Shown here: piece after piece, positions 13,707 through 26,965 of the stretch
How the letters are laid out: the number at the start of each line of letters is the position of its first letter
How positions within the stretch are numbered: position 1 is the first letter of the stretch
Source: Octopus sinensis
Lineage: Eukaryota
Assembly (NCBI RefSeq): GCF_006345805.1
Contig: NC_043005.1
Span: forward strand, 100,812,001 to 100,876,000
Length of the DNA: 64,000 bases
Direction: 5' to 3'
The notes under the pieces: model-generated
Told to the model about the DNA's origin: nothing
The model's input: the letters and a program-made list of their open reading frames with translations, nothing else
Databases searched by the model: none
Program-made: the position numbers and the translations under genes

Positions 13707-14107
13707 CGTATATATAATAATAATAACAATAATAATAATAATAATAATAATAATATAATAATAATAATAATATTAGGGAGTATAACTCCAAACTTACAGG
13801 GAAAAATTCAAGTTAGTATTAAATCAAATTTTACAATATAAATATATAATATATATGAATTAGAGAAAAACCACTATTATGCAATTCAAACAATGATAGA
13901 CATAAACCAAATGTAAACAGTAGCAGCATGACATCGTGAAGTATATTTTCCACCTAAATGTGGCTGACCCATTTGGGACGATGCAACTGTTGTTTATAGC
14001 CCCAGGAAGATATCTCCTCTAACTGGCTAATGACACGCCGTCTGTCCGATCAGTATTTGCGAAGGGAAATCATCGTTCCCATTCTCATTTCTAGCCTTAC
14101 ATGATAC

Positions 14108-14150
14108 ACACGGACCCGGGTTTCTGAGTAGTAACTCATCATCAACATGT
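14108..14150 (-). ncRNA. Minimal hammerhead ribozyme motif with core C-to-T change
   Basis: Minus strand reads ACATG-TTGATGA-TGAGT-TACT-ACTCA-GAAA-CCCGG-GTC-CGTGT, with palindromic ACCCGGGT. Confidence 0.65.
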
Positions 14151-14321
14151 GACAATCACCAGCATAATAAATCTCTGAGTGAGATGTCACTTAGCAGTAA
14201 GGCAAAAGAGACTGATAGAATAAGTACTAGGCTTACAAAGAATAAGTTGATTTGCTCGACTAAAGGCGGTGCTCCAGCGTGGCCGCAGTCAAATGACTGA
14301 AACAAATAAAAGAATAAAAGA

Positions 14322-14355
<34 letters not shown>

Positions 14356-14658
14356 AGATTCAGATGAATTAGGTACTTAAGTTGAAGCACCAAAACTTAG
14401 TGCGGTATTATCCGGGCAACTTCAAAATAAGGTGAATAAAAATCAAAATAAGCAACAAGATATCATATCATATCATATATGATATTAATATAGTGTGATT
14501 TAAATTTGAACTGTGTGATATGCATTTTTATACAATAAAGGAGAAAACTGTGAGACGAGCTCATTATTTCTTCACTGGTTTTCATAATTTGGAAGGTCAC
14601 AGAGTATGTATAGAAAGGAAAAATTTAAGAACAAACCCTCTTGTCTTAGATATATATA

Positions 14659-14715
<57 letters not shown>

Positions 14716-14878
14716 TATACATATATACATACATATATATACATACATACATACATATATATACATACATACATATATATACATACATACATATATACAT
14801 ACATACATACATATATATACATACATACATATATATACATACACATATATACATACATACATACACACACACACATAC

Positions 14879-14919
<41 letters not shown>

Positions 14920-14922
<3 letters not shown>

Positions 14923-15350
14923 GGGACTACTACCCCTGGTAGTAACAGAGTGTATGATGCTTTTGTTAGAACTGCAATGCTACATGGTAGTAGTGAGAGG
15001 TGGATCTTAAATACAAAGGACTTGAGAAGACTGAAAAGAAATGAAGCTAGCATGCTCTGTTGGTTATGCAATGTAAGGATGCATGGACAACAATTTCCAA
15101 AGGTGTTGGGAGAAAAAGTGAGCATAAGAAGAATCAGATGTGATGTGCAAGAAAGAAGACTCTACTTGTACTGACAGCTCATGTGTATGGATGGGGACAG
15201 CTGTGTAAAGATGAGTTGGTTATGCAATATTGATGAAGCTGGTAGAGAGGAAGACCCAGGAAGATGGAACAAAGTGGTGAAGGCTGATCTCAGGGCCTTG
15301 GACCTCACAGAGAAAATGACAAGGGACTGAGGTGGCTGGTAACTTGTACC
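14920..15350 (+). mobile_element. Degenerate RTE LINE ORF 3' fragment
   Basis: Translation [17 protein letters not shown]...[13 protein letters not shown] matches the 62650-63114 ORF. Confidence 0.85.
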
Positions 15351-16369
15351 ATACATCTGAGTGAAGCTGATTCTGGAAGCACAACAGTGCCCCTAGACCA
15401 ATATTCTCTTAAGGCATCACCACTGTCCCTTATTTCTGAAATATTCTGCTGCTGTAATTAAGTGTGAGCAGAACTGCATACTTTACCAGATTTTCCCTGA
15501 TCCTACTTACCTTTCTCACAGTTGGGAAACATTTCACTTGATATCAATTCTTTATTCTTAATACTGTCCACTCCATCCACATTTCACATTGATCAGCCTC
15601 CTGTGCTACCCAAATTACTTCTCTTTCTGTGTCATCTTACGTCTCTCACTATCTTTGTTTTCTAAGCCTTCTGCTCCTCCCACACTCTTGCAGCAAAGCA
15701 CATGTCATCTTTCTGCCCTTCTCCCTCAACACCTGTGTATCATAGTTTACCTCCAACCCCTATCCACCATTCACTTCATCACCCATCAACTCTTCTGACT
15801 TTCTACAGTTGTTACTTACACTTCCCTACCTTACCTACATCCTCCCAACATATGTTTTCATTCATTATATTCACCCTGTCACCTACTCTCTATCTCTAAC
15901 CATCTTTTACTCTCTCATATATTCTTGCAACCCCTAACCACTCGCATTTCCAGTTTTCCTGTCCCCACCACTCATTCCTACTCACCTGATACCTTTAAAG
16001 TTCACCCTGACACTCATCACCACTATTTATATTATTTTCCTTACAATTCAACCCCATTCATTCCCATTCACACTTCTATAGTGTTAGTAGCCATACAGCT
16101 CCTCTACATAGATATTCACAATACAGAAGGGGCTGCTCTGAACTGGTCTCTTCTCATACAATTTAACCCCCATCTCCCAGCATAAAACCACTTTGCCTGT
16201 CTGTAGTTTACTCAGTCACTTGAAGGGATCTTAGTCTTGCAAGCCCCATGGTGGCCTCCCCCATGCTGGAACCAGGAAAAAATACCCAGTACATGCTATA
16301 AAGTGTCTGGCATTAGAATCGGTTTCCAACGATAGAAACCCTGCCAAAGCAGACATTGAAGAATGACGT

Positions 16370-17930
16370 GAAAGCTGCATTACAAAAGTTTGAAGACTTT
16401 TAGAGGAGAGGCAGTTATGAATTTCAAAGAAGAACAAAACCCTAATCTCCTTCAAAGGAGGTCCTCACACTATATTGCATTTGTAGCATTGAAACCACTT
16501 CATGAAGGTCCCATGGAAGTAAACGGTGTTCAGGAGCCTTGTCACAGCCTCTTTTATCTTCTCAAAGTTTTCAAAATGATTGCCTCTGAGTCTCTCCTTC
16601 AGCTTGGAGAACAACCAAAAATCACAGGGAGCAAGGTCTGAACTGTAGGGAGGGTGAGTTTGCTGCCCATCTCTGTCAAGTATTTGGTTACCAGGATAGA
16701 ACTGTTGACTTGTGCATTGTTCTGGTGCTGGTGCCACTGACTTGAGTAGAAGAGCTGTTTTTTTTGCTGTCTCTTCTTGAACTCCTTCAAAGCCTCCACA
16801 GAGTATTCTTTGCTGACCATCTGGCCAGAGGGAAAGCAGTGGACGTGGATGATGCTCTAGCTATCAAAAGAAGAGATCCTCATGAGCTTCCCAGTAGACT
16901 TGCTTTGCTTGGTCTTCTTGGGTTAGGATGCTTCATTGGGGACTCTGTCTCTTGGTCTCTGGACTATAACAGTAGATCCAGCTTTTGTCACTGGTCACTA
17001 GAGACTCAAATACTCTTGGATTAGCGGTAACAGATGCAGCCCTCTCCCTGCTGTCACCAATGCATCTTTTCTTCGGTTCCTCACTGAGCACTCTTCCTTT
17101 TTTTTTATTCTTTTGTTCTTTTATTTGTTTCAGTCATTTTGACTGTGGCCATGCTGGAGCACTGCCTTTAGTCGAGCAAATTGACCGCAGGACTTATTCT
17201 TTGTAAGCCTAGTACTTATTCTATCGATCTCTCTTGCCAAACCGCTAAGTTACAGAGACATAAACATGCCAGCATCGGTTGTCAAGCGATGTTGGGGGGA
17301 TAAACACAGACACACAAACACACACATATATATACATATATATGACGGGCTTCTTTCAGTTTCCGTCTACCAAATCCACTCACAAGGCTTTGGTCGGCCC
17401 GAGGCTATAGTAGGAGACACTTGCCCAAGGTGCCACGCAGTGGGATTGAACCCAGAACCATGTGGCTGATAAGCAAGCTACTTACCACACAGCCACTCCT
17501 GCGCCTATACTCTGGGAACAAACTCTGCATAAATTTTGTGCATGTTCAGACCTTCATGAATAATATTATTTACAGTTATCGCACCAACACTAAACTGCAT
17601 ACTTCTCACCTTCGTACATACACAATAGTCTTCATCCAGAAAACTGCAAATTTTCTCAACCATCTCTGATATTCTAATTTTCTTTTCCCTCTCACACCCC
17701 TTATCATCTCTCACCTCCTCTCGACCATCCTTGAACCTCTTGTATGCTTGGCTCAAGTTATTCCTTCAGCTGTATAAAGCATTTCATAAGTTTCTGCAGA
17801 CCTTTTTCCTAGTTTAAAACAAAACTTTATTGCATAACTAGCTTCTAAATCGTCTACAAATCATGACTGCATTCTGCAGCTGTGACAAGCAAGGTGTTTC
17901 CAAAGTACTGTTACAGCTGTTTTCTTCAAT
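16370..17930 (-). mobile_element. Degenerate mariner transposon interrupted by a SINE
   Basis: HPPYSSDLAPCDFWLFSKLK at 16465-16737; N-terminal part (IIHEGLNMHKIYAEFVPRV) at 17505-17756. Confidence 0.8.
17108..17505 (-). mobile_element. tRNA-derived SINE family A, full length
   Basis: Minus-strand head GGCGCAGGAGTGGCTGTGTGGTAAG...GGGTTCAATCCC with A/B boxes, an internal TG/TA tract and an A-rich tail; many copies in the window. Confidence 0.85.
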
Positions 17931-17962
17931 CTGGATTAAAATATTAGCAGATCAGCTTATTA

Positions 17963-18671
17963 CTAGGGGAAATCAAAAATTATCCACACCTTCACCATAA
18001 CATATTTTTATTATTATTATCACACTGCCATCTGCACATGTGTGCTAAAAGTTGGTAATATTGTGGTCATGTGATCGAAGTCTGAACCTGATCGTGCCAT
18101 TTTTCTTTCTCGCTTTACAGTGTAACCATGGCTGCTCCACTAGCAATGTGCTCCACAGAAGAACAAAGAGCAGGGATCTGATTTCTCCAGAAATGGGACA
18201 AACAATCAACAGTGCAAGATACAATGCTTTGTTGGCCAGTAAACTGAAACCATCAAACACTGAAGCCTCTTGTCAAAGAAAGTTCTGTTGTTGCATGACA
18301 ATGCATGCCAACACATGGATGCCCAGACTGTTGAAATCCTTAACCAATTGGGTTTTGAGGGGCTGCAACACCCTGCCTACAGCCCACATCTTGTCCCTTC
18401 CAACTCTCAGATCTTTCGACTGCTTAAAGATAGCTTACAAGATCGTTGATTTCTTATGGATGAAGATGTGAAGGAAGCAGTGGATAAATAGTTGTATGAC
18501 CAACCTAAAACCTTCTTCTTGGAGGGAATACGCAAGCCCGTGGATCGCTGGACCAAGTGCATCGAAAAGGTAGGAGGCTGTATAGAAAAATGATGCACTT
18601 GTTTATCCCCCCTGCTTCTGTGTAAATACATTGAAAACACAAGAGTGTGTATAATTTTTCACTTTCCTTTG
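17963..18671 (+). mobile_element. Internally deleted mariner element
   Basis: Imperfect TIRs (CTAGGGGAAATCAAAAATTATCCACAC and GTGTGTATAATTTTTCACTTTCCTTTG) flanked by TA; N-terminal MAAPLAMCSTEEQRA joined to C-terminal remnants (HDNA, HPAYSP, VDRWTKCIEK). Confidence 0.75.
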
Positions 18672-18740
18672 TAGATGTATTGTAATGACTCCCTAAACTC
18701 AGAGTATTCTATAACATTTATAACTGGTATTCCATAGTAT

Positions 18741-19322
18741 TCTTTTCTACTCTAGGCAGAAGGCCTGAAATTTGGGGGGAGGGCGCCAATTGATTAGGTC
18801 GACCTCAGTATGCAACTGGTACATAATTTATCAAACCCAAAAGGATGAAAGGTAAAGCTGACTTCGGCAAAATTTGAATTCAAAATGTAAAGACAGACGA
18901 AATACCTATTTCTTTATTACCCACAAAAGGCTAAACACAGAGAGGACAAACAAGAACAGACAAACAGATTAAGTCGATTATATCGACCCCAATGCATAAC
19001 TGGTACTTATTTAATCGACCCCGAAAGGATGAAAGTCAAAGTCTACCTCAGCAGAATTTGAACTCAGAATGTAGTGGCAGACGAAATACCTATTTCTTTA
19101 TTACCCACAAGGGGCTAAATACAGGGAGGACAAACAAGGACAGACAAACAGATTAAGTCGATTATATCGATCCCAGTGCGTAACTGGTACTTATTTAATC
19201 GACCCCGAAAGGATGAAAGGCAAAGCCGACCTCACCAGAATTTGAACTCAGAATGTAGTGACAGACAAAATACCGCTAAGCATTTCAACCGGTGTGCTAA
19301 CGTTTCTGCCAGCTCGCCACCT
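18741..19322 (-). mobile_element. SINE family B with about 181-bp internal unit in tandem
   Basis: Three successive copies of the GAAAGGATGAAAGGCAAAG...GAATTTGAACTCAGAATGT core. Confidence 0.8.
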
Positions 19323-20164
19323 TATTCCACAGTATTGAACCATCACTGATTCTGATTGACTCTATCAATTTTTTGCAGGATATTAGTAATGAAGTGGTTG
19401 TCTCCCTAATTTTCTTAAGTATTTCACGGAGTCTCATACAGTGGCAGCTTGTTGATTAAATTACCAGGGGTGCTGCTTCAGAAGGTTTTTTAGCCATTGT
19501 TTTAATATTGTGTAAAAGGAAACAAACATATAAAAAGAAAATTTATACAATAAACTTGATTGGTTTGCATTTTAGCCAATACCAGGTAGTGTGTTTAACT
19601 TGTTCACCAAACACTGCCACAAATTCCCCCTTGTTTTTTCAAAAATCTCCCCTATCTGCCCTAATTTTCAAATCCTGGCAGCAATACTGAAGCTGGAAGC
19701 AGGATTATAATCTAATTCTACACTTTATCACATTCAGGAATATAAACACATTTTTAAGCACAACACACATGGAGTCAAAAAGAGACACCACCTTTCACCT
19801 GGCACTGTCATTCACACAGTGCTCTCTCTCCCTAGTGTGAAACTTCCTATCTCGGACATGTGAGCATGCACACAACAGCCAAACACAGTTTTGCTAGAAC
19901 TGCAACCAGCACAGTTCTATACAAGGAATTTTGTATTTTTTTTTATAAACTAGGGGACGGCTACTGACATTAAGCTTAAGGATTGTATAATGTACAAGTA
20001 TAAAGAAAGAACTAAAGATAAAAGGACTCAATACATTGAATGTCTTTGATAATATCAAGTGGAAATAGGGGGTGCTGCAGTTCTGCAGTGCCTATACATG
20101 AGCTGCTACTGGTCTCATCTTACTTTTGCTTATTTTAAATTATTTTTTGCCATTATATCCCATT

Positions 20165-20575
20165 ATCTTTGACTCATTTCAGTCATAAGACTGTGGCCAT
20201 ACTGGGGCACCACCGTGAAAAATTCTTAGTCAAATGATGTAATTAGTGCTTATTTTTTTTAAAGCCTGCCTGGTACTTATTCTGTTGGTCTCTTTTTGCT
20301 GAATCACTAAGTTACAGGAACATAAACATACCAATACCAGTTGGTGGTGGTGGTGGGGGTGGGGGGGGCAAACACAAACATACAGACACACACACATACA
20401 CTCGTGCACATATAGGAAGGGCTTCTTTCAGTTTATGTCTACTGGATTCACTCACAAAGCTTTGAACAGCCCAAGGATTTAGTAGAAGACATTTGCTCAA
20501 GGTGCCATGCAATAGGATTGAACACAGAATGATGTAAATGGGAAGCATACTGCTTACAACAGTCACATCTGTACC
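20165..20575 (-). mobile_element. SINE family A, diverged
   Basis: Colinear similarity to 17108-17505. Confidence 0.7.
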
Positions 20576-20664
20576 TAGAGTTCATTTTTAGCCTCTGCCT
20601 TATTGTTTCCTTACATGTGTAGAAAGAAGTGCCTTTTTTTTAATGTTTTTCTTCATATTTCCAT

Positions 20665-21042
20665 ATAAGCACCATCTGAATGTGGTCGATGCCAGGTTCG
20701 CCTAACTGGCTCCTATGCGGGTGCCACGTAAAAAGTGCCATCCAAACATGGCTGATGCCAGTGCCCCCTGACTGGTTTCTGAGCTAGTGGCACGTAAAAA
20801 GCACTATCTGAACGTAGTCAATGCCAGGCCCGCCTGACTGGCTCCTGTACAGGTGGCACGTAAAAAGCACCCACTACACTCTCAGTGTGGTTGGTGTTAG
20901 GAAGGACTTCCTGCTGTAGAAACATTGCCAGACCAGACTGGAGTCTGGTGCAGCTGCTGACTCTCCAGACTTCAGTGAAAATGTCCAACCCATGCCAGCA
21001 TAGAAACCGGATGTTAAATGATGATGATGATGATGATGATGA
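20665..21042 (+). mobile_element. RTE LINE 3' UTR copy
   Basis: GGCACGTAAAAAGCAC units, the family terminus and (TGA)n. Confidence 0.8.
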
Positions 21043-21147
21043 CACACTAGTCACTTTCCATTGTCTGATTTCTTAGAATTTTTTCTGGATTCAATGTTGT
21101 CAGATTGTAATAGTTTTTTCGCTTTCTCTGCTTTTTTTTGTAACACA

Positions 21148-21382
21148 CCAGCGAGCTGGAAGAAACGTTAGCAGGCCTGGTGAAATGCTAAGTGGCTCTA
21201 TTTCGTCTGTCGTTATGTTCTGAGCTCAAATTCCGCTGAGGTTGACTTTGCCTTTCATCCTTTCAGGGTCGATAAATTAAGTACTAATTACGCACTGGGA
21301 TCGATATAATCGACTTGATCCGTTTGTCTGTCCTTGTTCCTCTCCTCTGAGTTTAGCCCCTTGTGGGTAGTAAAGAAATAGG
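21148..21382 (+). mobile_element. tRNA-derived SINE family B
   Basis: GAGCTGGAAGAAACGTTAGC head and GACTTTGCCTTTCATCCTTTCAGGGTCGATAAATTAAGTAC core. Confidence 0.8.
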
Positions 21383-21699
21383 TTGAGGATACTGTTAATA
21401 TTTTGATTGCTCTCCTGTTCAATCTGTTTCAATTTAATTAACTTTCAATTTGTTTTGTTGAAATTATAATAAAACTGGAACAGACACCTAGCATATTAAC
21501 ACCTATTATTTTGTTTCTGGGATTAACTTAGTTACGAATATTAATCCAACTCCCCACCCTACTTTCATTTCTGATTGTTCCCATTTGTGTGTTGCATCGA
21601 TTTTGTTTAATTTTTTTGATTCGATTTACTTAATTCTGACTAATTCATTTCTTCTTAATTTTCATGTCTTACTAACCATCATAGTCACTTTTATACCTC

Positions 21700-22440
21700 T
21701 GCTGAATTTCATTTGGGTTCTCCATATGTGTATTGACATTTGTAAAATAGTTTAGGTTATCAATACAGAGGAGATGATTAAAAGTTTATTCATAACAGTT
21801 GCAGCCCAACCCTTGGGGTTTTTATTCAGTAAATACATTAATGGAGTCAAACTTAAGCCGAAGTGTAGAGAGATGTTCTCTTATATGTATAAGCTTGCTG
21901 TTTTATCTTCTCTTTGCCCTGCAATGATATGCTTGACTTACTGCGTTAGCCTCTGTATATACATGTAGTGTCTCCAATATCCAACAGAGTGTTATGCTAG
22001 CAGATATTTTTCAGTAAATAATCTATACCAACCTACATGTTTCTTGTTTTTCTCCTTCTCTTCTTGCTTTCTTCGATAATTGCTTGGTTCACCATTAGCT
22101 GCTCTTTACAACCATACATCCCTTCTGGCACCTCTTCGGCTCCTCTAGTAAAATGCTATTACTTTCCGGTTGAACAGCCATCCTGTTGTAGAGCAGAGCT
22201 GGAAGGGTTTCGTAAAGTTGTTAGCAAACAAATTATAAATCTGCCATGTTGAGGTCCCAGGTGTTTTTGTTTCCCAGGATCAATATTGTTTTATTTCCCC
22301 TCAACCAACCATTCAGGTATTATTTCTGCTGTGTTTGCTAATTCACTGAATGCGGTTGAGACAGATTTATGAATATTGGTCAGCTGTTTCAGTCAGGAAT
22401 TTGAGACGCTGTCATTCTCAGGCATTTTTCAATTGCTTGC
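21700..22440 (-). mobile_element. Degenerate R4/Dong-like non-LTR RT fragment
   Basis: Minus-strand remnants WLRGNKTILI, GMYGCKEQLMVNQAIIEESKK...IDY, LSLTPLMYLL and NHLLCIDNL resemble R4-clade RT motifs (GCKEQL, WIDY, HLLYMDDL). Confidence 0.65.
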
Positions 22441-22530
22441 AGACCTTATCACACTGCTGAATACTACTACTACTACTACTTCTTCTTCTTCTTCTTCTTC
22501 TTCATCATCATCATCATCATCGTCGTCATC

Positions 22531-22826
22531 ATTATTATTATTATTATTCAGTAGTTTTATTTTTATAGCGTGCTTTCACTTCACTGCCGAGCGCAGCTCT
22601 GTGTGCCTTGGGTATGTGCTGTGATTTGTTGTGATGCTCTGATGGTTACTGTATGGAAAGTGTTCTGCGTAGGATGTGTGCAGTGCCTAGTAGTGCAATT
22701 TTCTGTATGTTATATGTGTTTGTAAGTCCTGGTGTTTTTGTTATGTATTTGTCTGAATATTTTTTTATCATGCCTAATGCACCTACTATGATAGGAATTG
22801 TTTCTGTTTTCAGGTTCCACATTCTA

Positions 22827-22863
<37 letters not shown>
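22531..22863 (-). mobile_element. R4/Dong-like retrotransposon 3' end flanked by (TAA)n
   Basis: RMWNLKTETIPIIVGALGMIKK...IQKIALLGTAHILRRTLSIQ* is typical of an RLE-domain C-terminus; short 3' UTR; TTA arrays on both sides. Confidence 0.8.
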
Positions 22864-22864
<1 letters not shown>

Positions 22865-23013
22865 CATACAGAGAGAGAGCAGGATGGAGAGAAAGACTAT
22901 CAACAAGCAATGACTGAAACCACCACAAGATTTCTTTTAAAGTACGATGTGCTGAGGATTGCTAGTAAATAAATAAATAAATACACATACTCACACACAC
23001 ATACATATAAATG

Positions 23014-23051
<38 letters not shown>

Positions 23052-23052
<1 letters not shown>

Positions 23053-23258
23053 GGTGGCAAACTGGCAGAATTGTTAGCATGCTGGGCAAAATGCCTAGCG
23101 ACATTTCATCGGTCTTTACACTTTAAATACTGCTGAGGTCGACTTTGCCTTTCATCCCTTTCGGGGTTGATAATAAAGTACCATTAGAGCACTGGGGTCA
23201 ACGTAATCGACCTACCCATCCCCTGAAATTGCTGGCCCTGTGCCATAATTTGAAACCA
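23052..23258 (+). mobile_element. SINE family B
   Basis: Family head and core present. Confidence 0.7.
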
Positions 23259-23478
23259 TTATTATTATTATTGTCATCAAGCAGTTAGTGGACTGATGTT
23301 AAGAATGCAAAATTATATATCTTAGACCACTCAGTATCAGTCTGTTGTATTGTCAATAAAGAACTGCGTATTGGAGTTAGACCATTCCACTCAACATCTC
23401 TACAATTGTTTACCTTGTGACAATGTAAGAAATTAATATTATTACCTTTATCATCTTTAATTATCATTATGCTTTATT

Positions 23479-23872
23479 AGGTGGTGAGCTAGCAGAAACG
23501 TTAGCACGCCAGGTGAAATGCTCAGCGGTATTTTGTCTGCCAGTAAGTACTGATTTCAAATTCCACCGAGGTCGACTTTGCTTTTCATCCTTTTGGGGTC
23601 GATTAAATAAGTACCAGTTACACACTGGGATCAATATAATCGACTTAATCCATTTGTCTGTCCCTGTTTGTCCCCTCTGTGTTTAGCCCCTTGTGGGTAG
23701 TATAGAAATAGGTATTTTGTCTGTCTTTACATTCTGAGTTCAAATTCTGCAGAGGACTTTGCCTTTTCTCCGTTCGGGGTTGATAAATTGCATACCAGTC
23801 GCATATTGGGGGCGATCTAATTAACTGGACCTCTTCCCAAAAATTTCAGGCCTTGTGCCTAGAGCAGAAAAA
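23479..23872 (+). mobile_element. SINE family B with duplicated internal unit
   Basis: Core present twice; reverse-complement equivalent of the 18741-19322 structure. Confidence 0.8.
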
Positions 23873-24742
23873 ATTATGACTTATTGGTATCAATGAAATT
23901 GCTACAATTTTCTTTGTCAAATATACCAAGGATTTGCTGGTTCTACATCACAGAATCATAAAGAATATTAGAAATACATTATTATACTTCATCATTATTA
24001 TCATAACCATCATCTATTGAGAATTCAACTAGCAACCGCTGTCTGCCTTCACACATTCACACAGAAATAGAGATTAGTTGAGACCAGCAGTTACATCAAT
24101 AGCTGTAGGAACAATCCTTTCTAAATACTTTAATAAAACAGAAACACTGTTCTAACACTATCTGTACTTCATCCTGTACGGTAGCTTTTATATAATCATG
24201 GGATTTGCTAAAGATAGGAGCGAAATGAACCACCAATTATACAACAGTACTTTTAAAAGTTGTAAAGATACAGACAATGACATCATAAATTTACAAACAG
24301 ACAAGATAGCCAAGGCCGGAATACTTTTGATTATAGACCTGCACTTCTCATAATCCCCACTACATCTCATAAACTTAGCGCTAACCTTAAAGACTCACTC
24401 AACCCTTTATTCTCAGAATTTTCATTCTCTGTACTGGTATTATTATTATTATTTTTTTTTTCCTTCTTTCTTCAAATTTTCTTCCGTTTCTCGCCGAGTG
24501 TTTTCCGTACACCAAGGGCAGAGAAGCTCATTGTATGCATTCCCAGATTACACGTGCAAATTCACAGGTAAAATATGTATTTAAAAATTAATAAATAAAT
24601 AAATTCATGAATGGATGGATGTTGTTTTCACGGTGAAAACAACAGTACATGAGCCATTCCAGTTAATATGATTTTTTGCACTTCCTGTAGGGAATATTAT
24701 TATTATCTTCATTATTATTATTATGATTATTATTATTATTAT

Positions 24743-25225
24743 TGAGTGAGAGAGCAGTGCATACCATCAAAGTGATCCTGGGGTAAAATATACAAAGCCC
24801 AGTATACCCCTCTTAACTACCTGTCTAATAAGGGTACACCACATGTCCGCGACATAGTGATCTCATCAAGATAAACGATGCATGACCTTGCAGGTGGGGG
24901 CCCAGTTAGAATTTTATTAAGGTCAGGTAGCTCAAAAGGTCCCTGAATAAGGGTTGTTTAAGGATGTTGAACAACACATCCATTATTCCAAAGGTGAATT
25001 ATTCAAACCCCAGAGAATTCCTCTCAGCACTTGGCTATGATGCTCCTCCACTACTTCTGCTCGTGATCAGAGATGCACATATCGTCAGCCACTAAGGGAC
25101 ATGCTCAACTGGTTAAGGTCAAACAACTGACAAGCAAATCTGTGGTATTGAGCAGAATATTTGCTGTAGCCCATCTTTTACACCAAGACAAAACAATGTA
25201 CATGATAACATTGCATCAGGGAAAT
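24743..25225 (-). mobile_element. Interspersed repeat, probable non-LTR 3' end flanked by (TAA)n
   Basis: Second copy at about 25585-25877; both abut TTA arrays. Minus-strand KRWATANILLNT weakly resembles the GTAHIL C-terminus. Confidence 0.55.
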
Positions 25226-25248
25226 GATATTATTATTATTATTATTAT

Positions 25249-25279
<31 letters not shown>

Positions 25280-26489
25280 TGCTGTCACATGACACGGAGT
25301 CGTTAAAAAAAAGATATAAAGATATATTTCCTTCACATTACATCATGACAAAATCTAATTAAATTAGATCTTCATTTAAAACGAAGATGTAAATTAATTA
25401 TTTCAAACTTTGATTACAAATGATGATATACCAGTTTATATAAGAAACAAATGATTTTCTCAGTAGATAATGATGATGATGATGATGACAATGATGGCGA
25501 CAAATTTATTTGTTGTTGTTGTTATTATTATTATTATTATTATTATTGTTGTTGTTGTTGTTGTTGTTGCTGTTGTTTATCATTATTGAGAAAGCAGCAC
25601 GCACCATCAAAGTGATGTTGGGGTACAAATATACAAAGCCCAATAAACCCACCATGACTACCCATCTGAAAAGGGTACACCAGGCATATGCATCACAACC
25701 ATTAGCACATGATATGGTGATCTCATATCAAGATGAACAGTGCATGACCTTGCTGGTGGAGGCCCAGTTGGAGTTTTCTTCAGCTCGAGTTGCTCATCCC
25801 ACTCAAAAGGCCCCTGAATAAGGGTCACTTAAGGATGATGAACAAAACACCCATGCTTCCAGAGAAGAATTATTCACAGTATTGGTGCTGTACCCATTTT
25901 GATTAAGTTTCCTATCAAATCACAAGCCATGGTCAGGGATAAAGAGCATTTTCTACCTTATATATAATAAATTTTTTTCTACCCTTCATAAATTCATTAC
26001 TTTATATTGAGGACTTGCCAGTGACTCAAATAGACATGCTTTGTACATTGTACATATTCTCAGATACAGATCAAGCTTTTTCAAGGTTAACTCTCAAATT
26101 ATTTGGCATTGTAGGGTAATTATGAGAGGTTGGATCTGGTCAATTTTAACATAAAACCTGTGGAATACTTGAACCAGAGAACACAGGTTTGACTGCTAAC
26201 GAGTTGAGGTTTCATTTCCTCTTTTCCATTTATCCTATTTTCTCTTTTTGAGCTTTGCAAATTCTGAAAGTATTTCTTCATTTATTACCACCTTAACAAC
26301 AGTTCTTTTTCTTCAAGAAAACAACCCAGACTTGTCATTTCTAGTTCTACTATCTTTCTGACACTCATTGATCTTTTTTTCCTTTCTACTCTTTTCCACT
26401 ACAACTAGTCCACATTTGATGAGGATGAATGCTTCTGTGCAGTGGTGAGATACTTATTTTCCTATTCCTCTTCAGGCATTTCCCATATT

Positions 26490-26965
26490 CTGAACGCCTT
26501 ACTTCCCTGGGCATGGATGGATACATTGAAACTCCAACGTCTGGCAGCTGACTTGGCAGACACCCATAAAATTATTAACCATCTTACAAACAATAACTCT
26601 GAGCACCTTTTCAAACTCCACCTGTCTAACACCCATAGAGATGTTTACAAAGTCAAAAAACAGCACAGCTCCCAAGACTTTCGGAAACATTTTTTCACGC
26701 TAAGAGTTGCTGAATTATGGAACAAACTGCTGGCATCAGTTGTTAGCTGTCGGAGTACTGCATCCTTCAAAACTTCCATGCTTCCTGAGATTTGCCGACA
26801 CTACACCTGGTTTTCTCCCCTCCATACACACACAAGCATGTATCTGACTCATACACTGTTCACTTTCCAGACATTTGTGCATTACTGCATATACTTTATA
26901 CACACTTCTGACAAGTTGTGGTGCACCTGAGCCCTGTATACAATAATTTCATTATTATTATTTTT
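26490..26965 (+). mobile_element. CR1/L2-group LINE 3' end
   Basis: LQRLAADLADTHKIINHL...RKHFFTLRVAELWNKL..SVV.....FK is typical of a CR1-group ORF2 C-terminus; (ATT)n tail. Confidence 0.8.
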
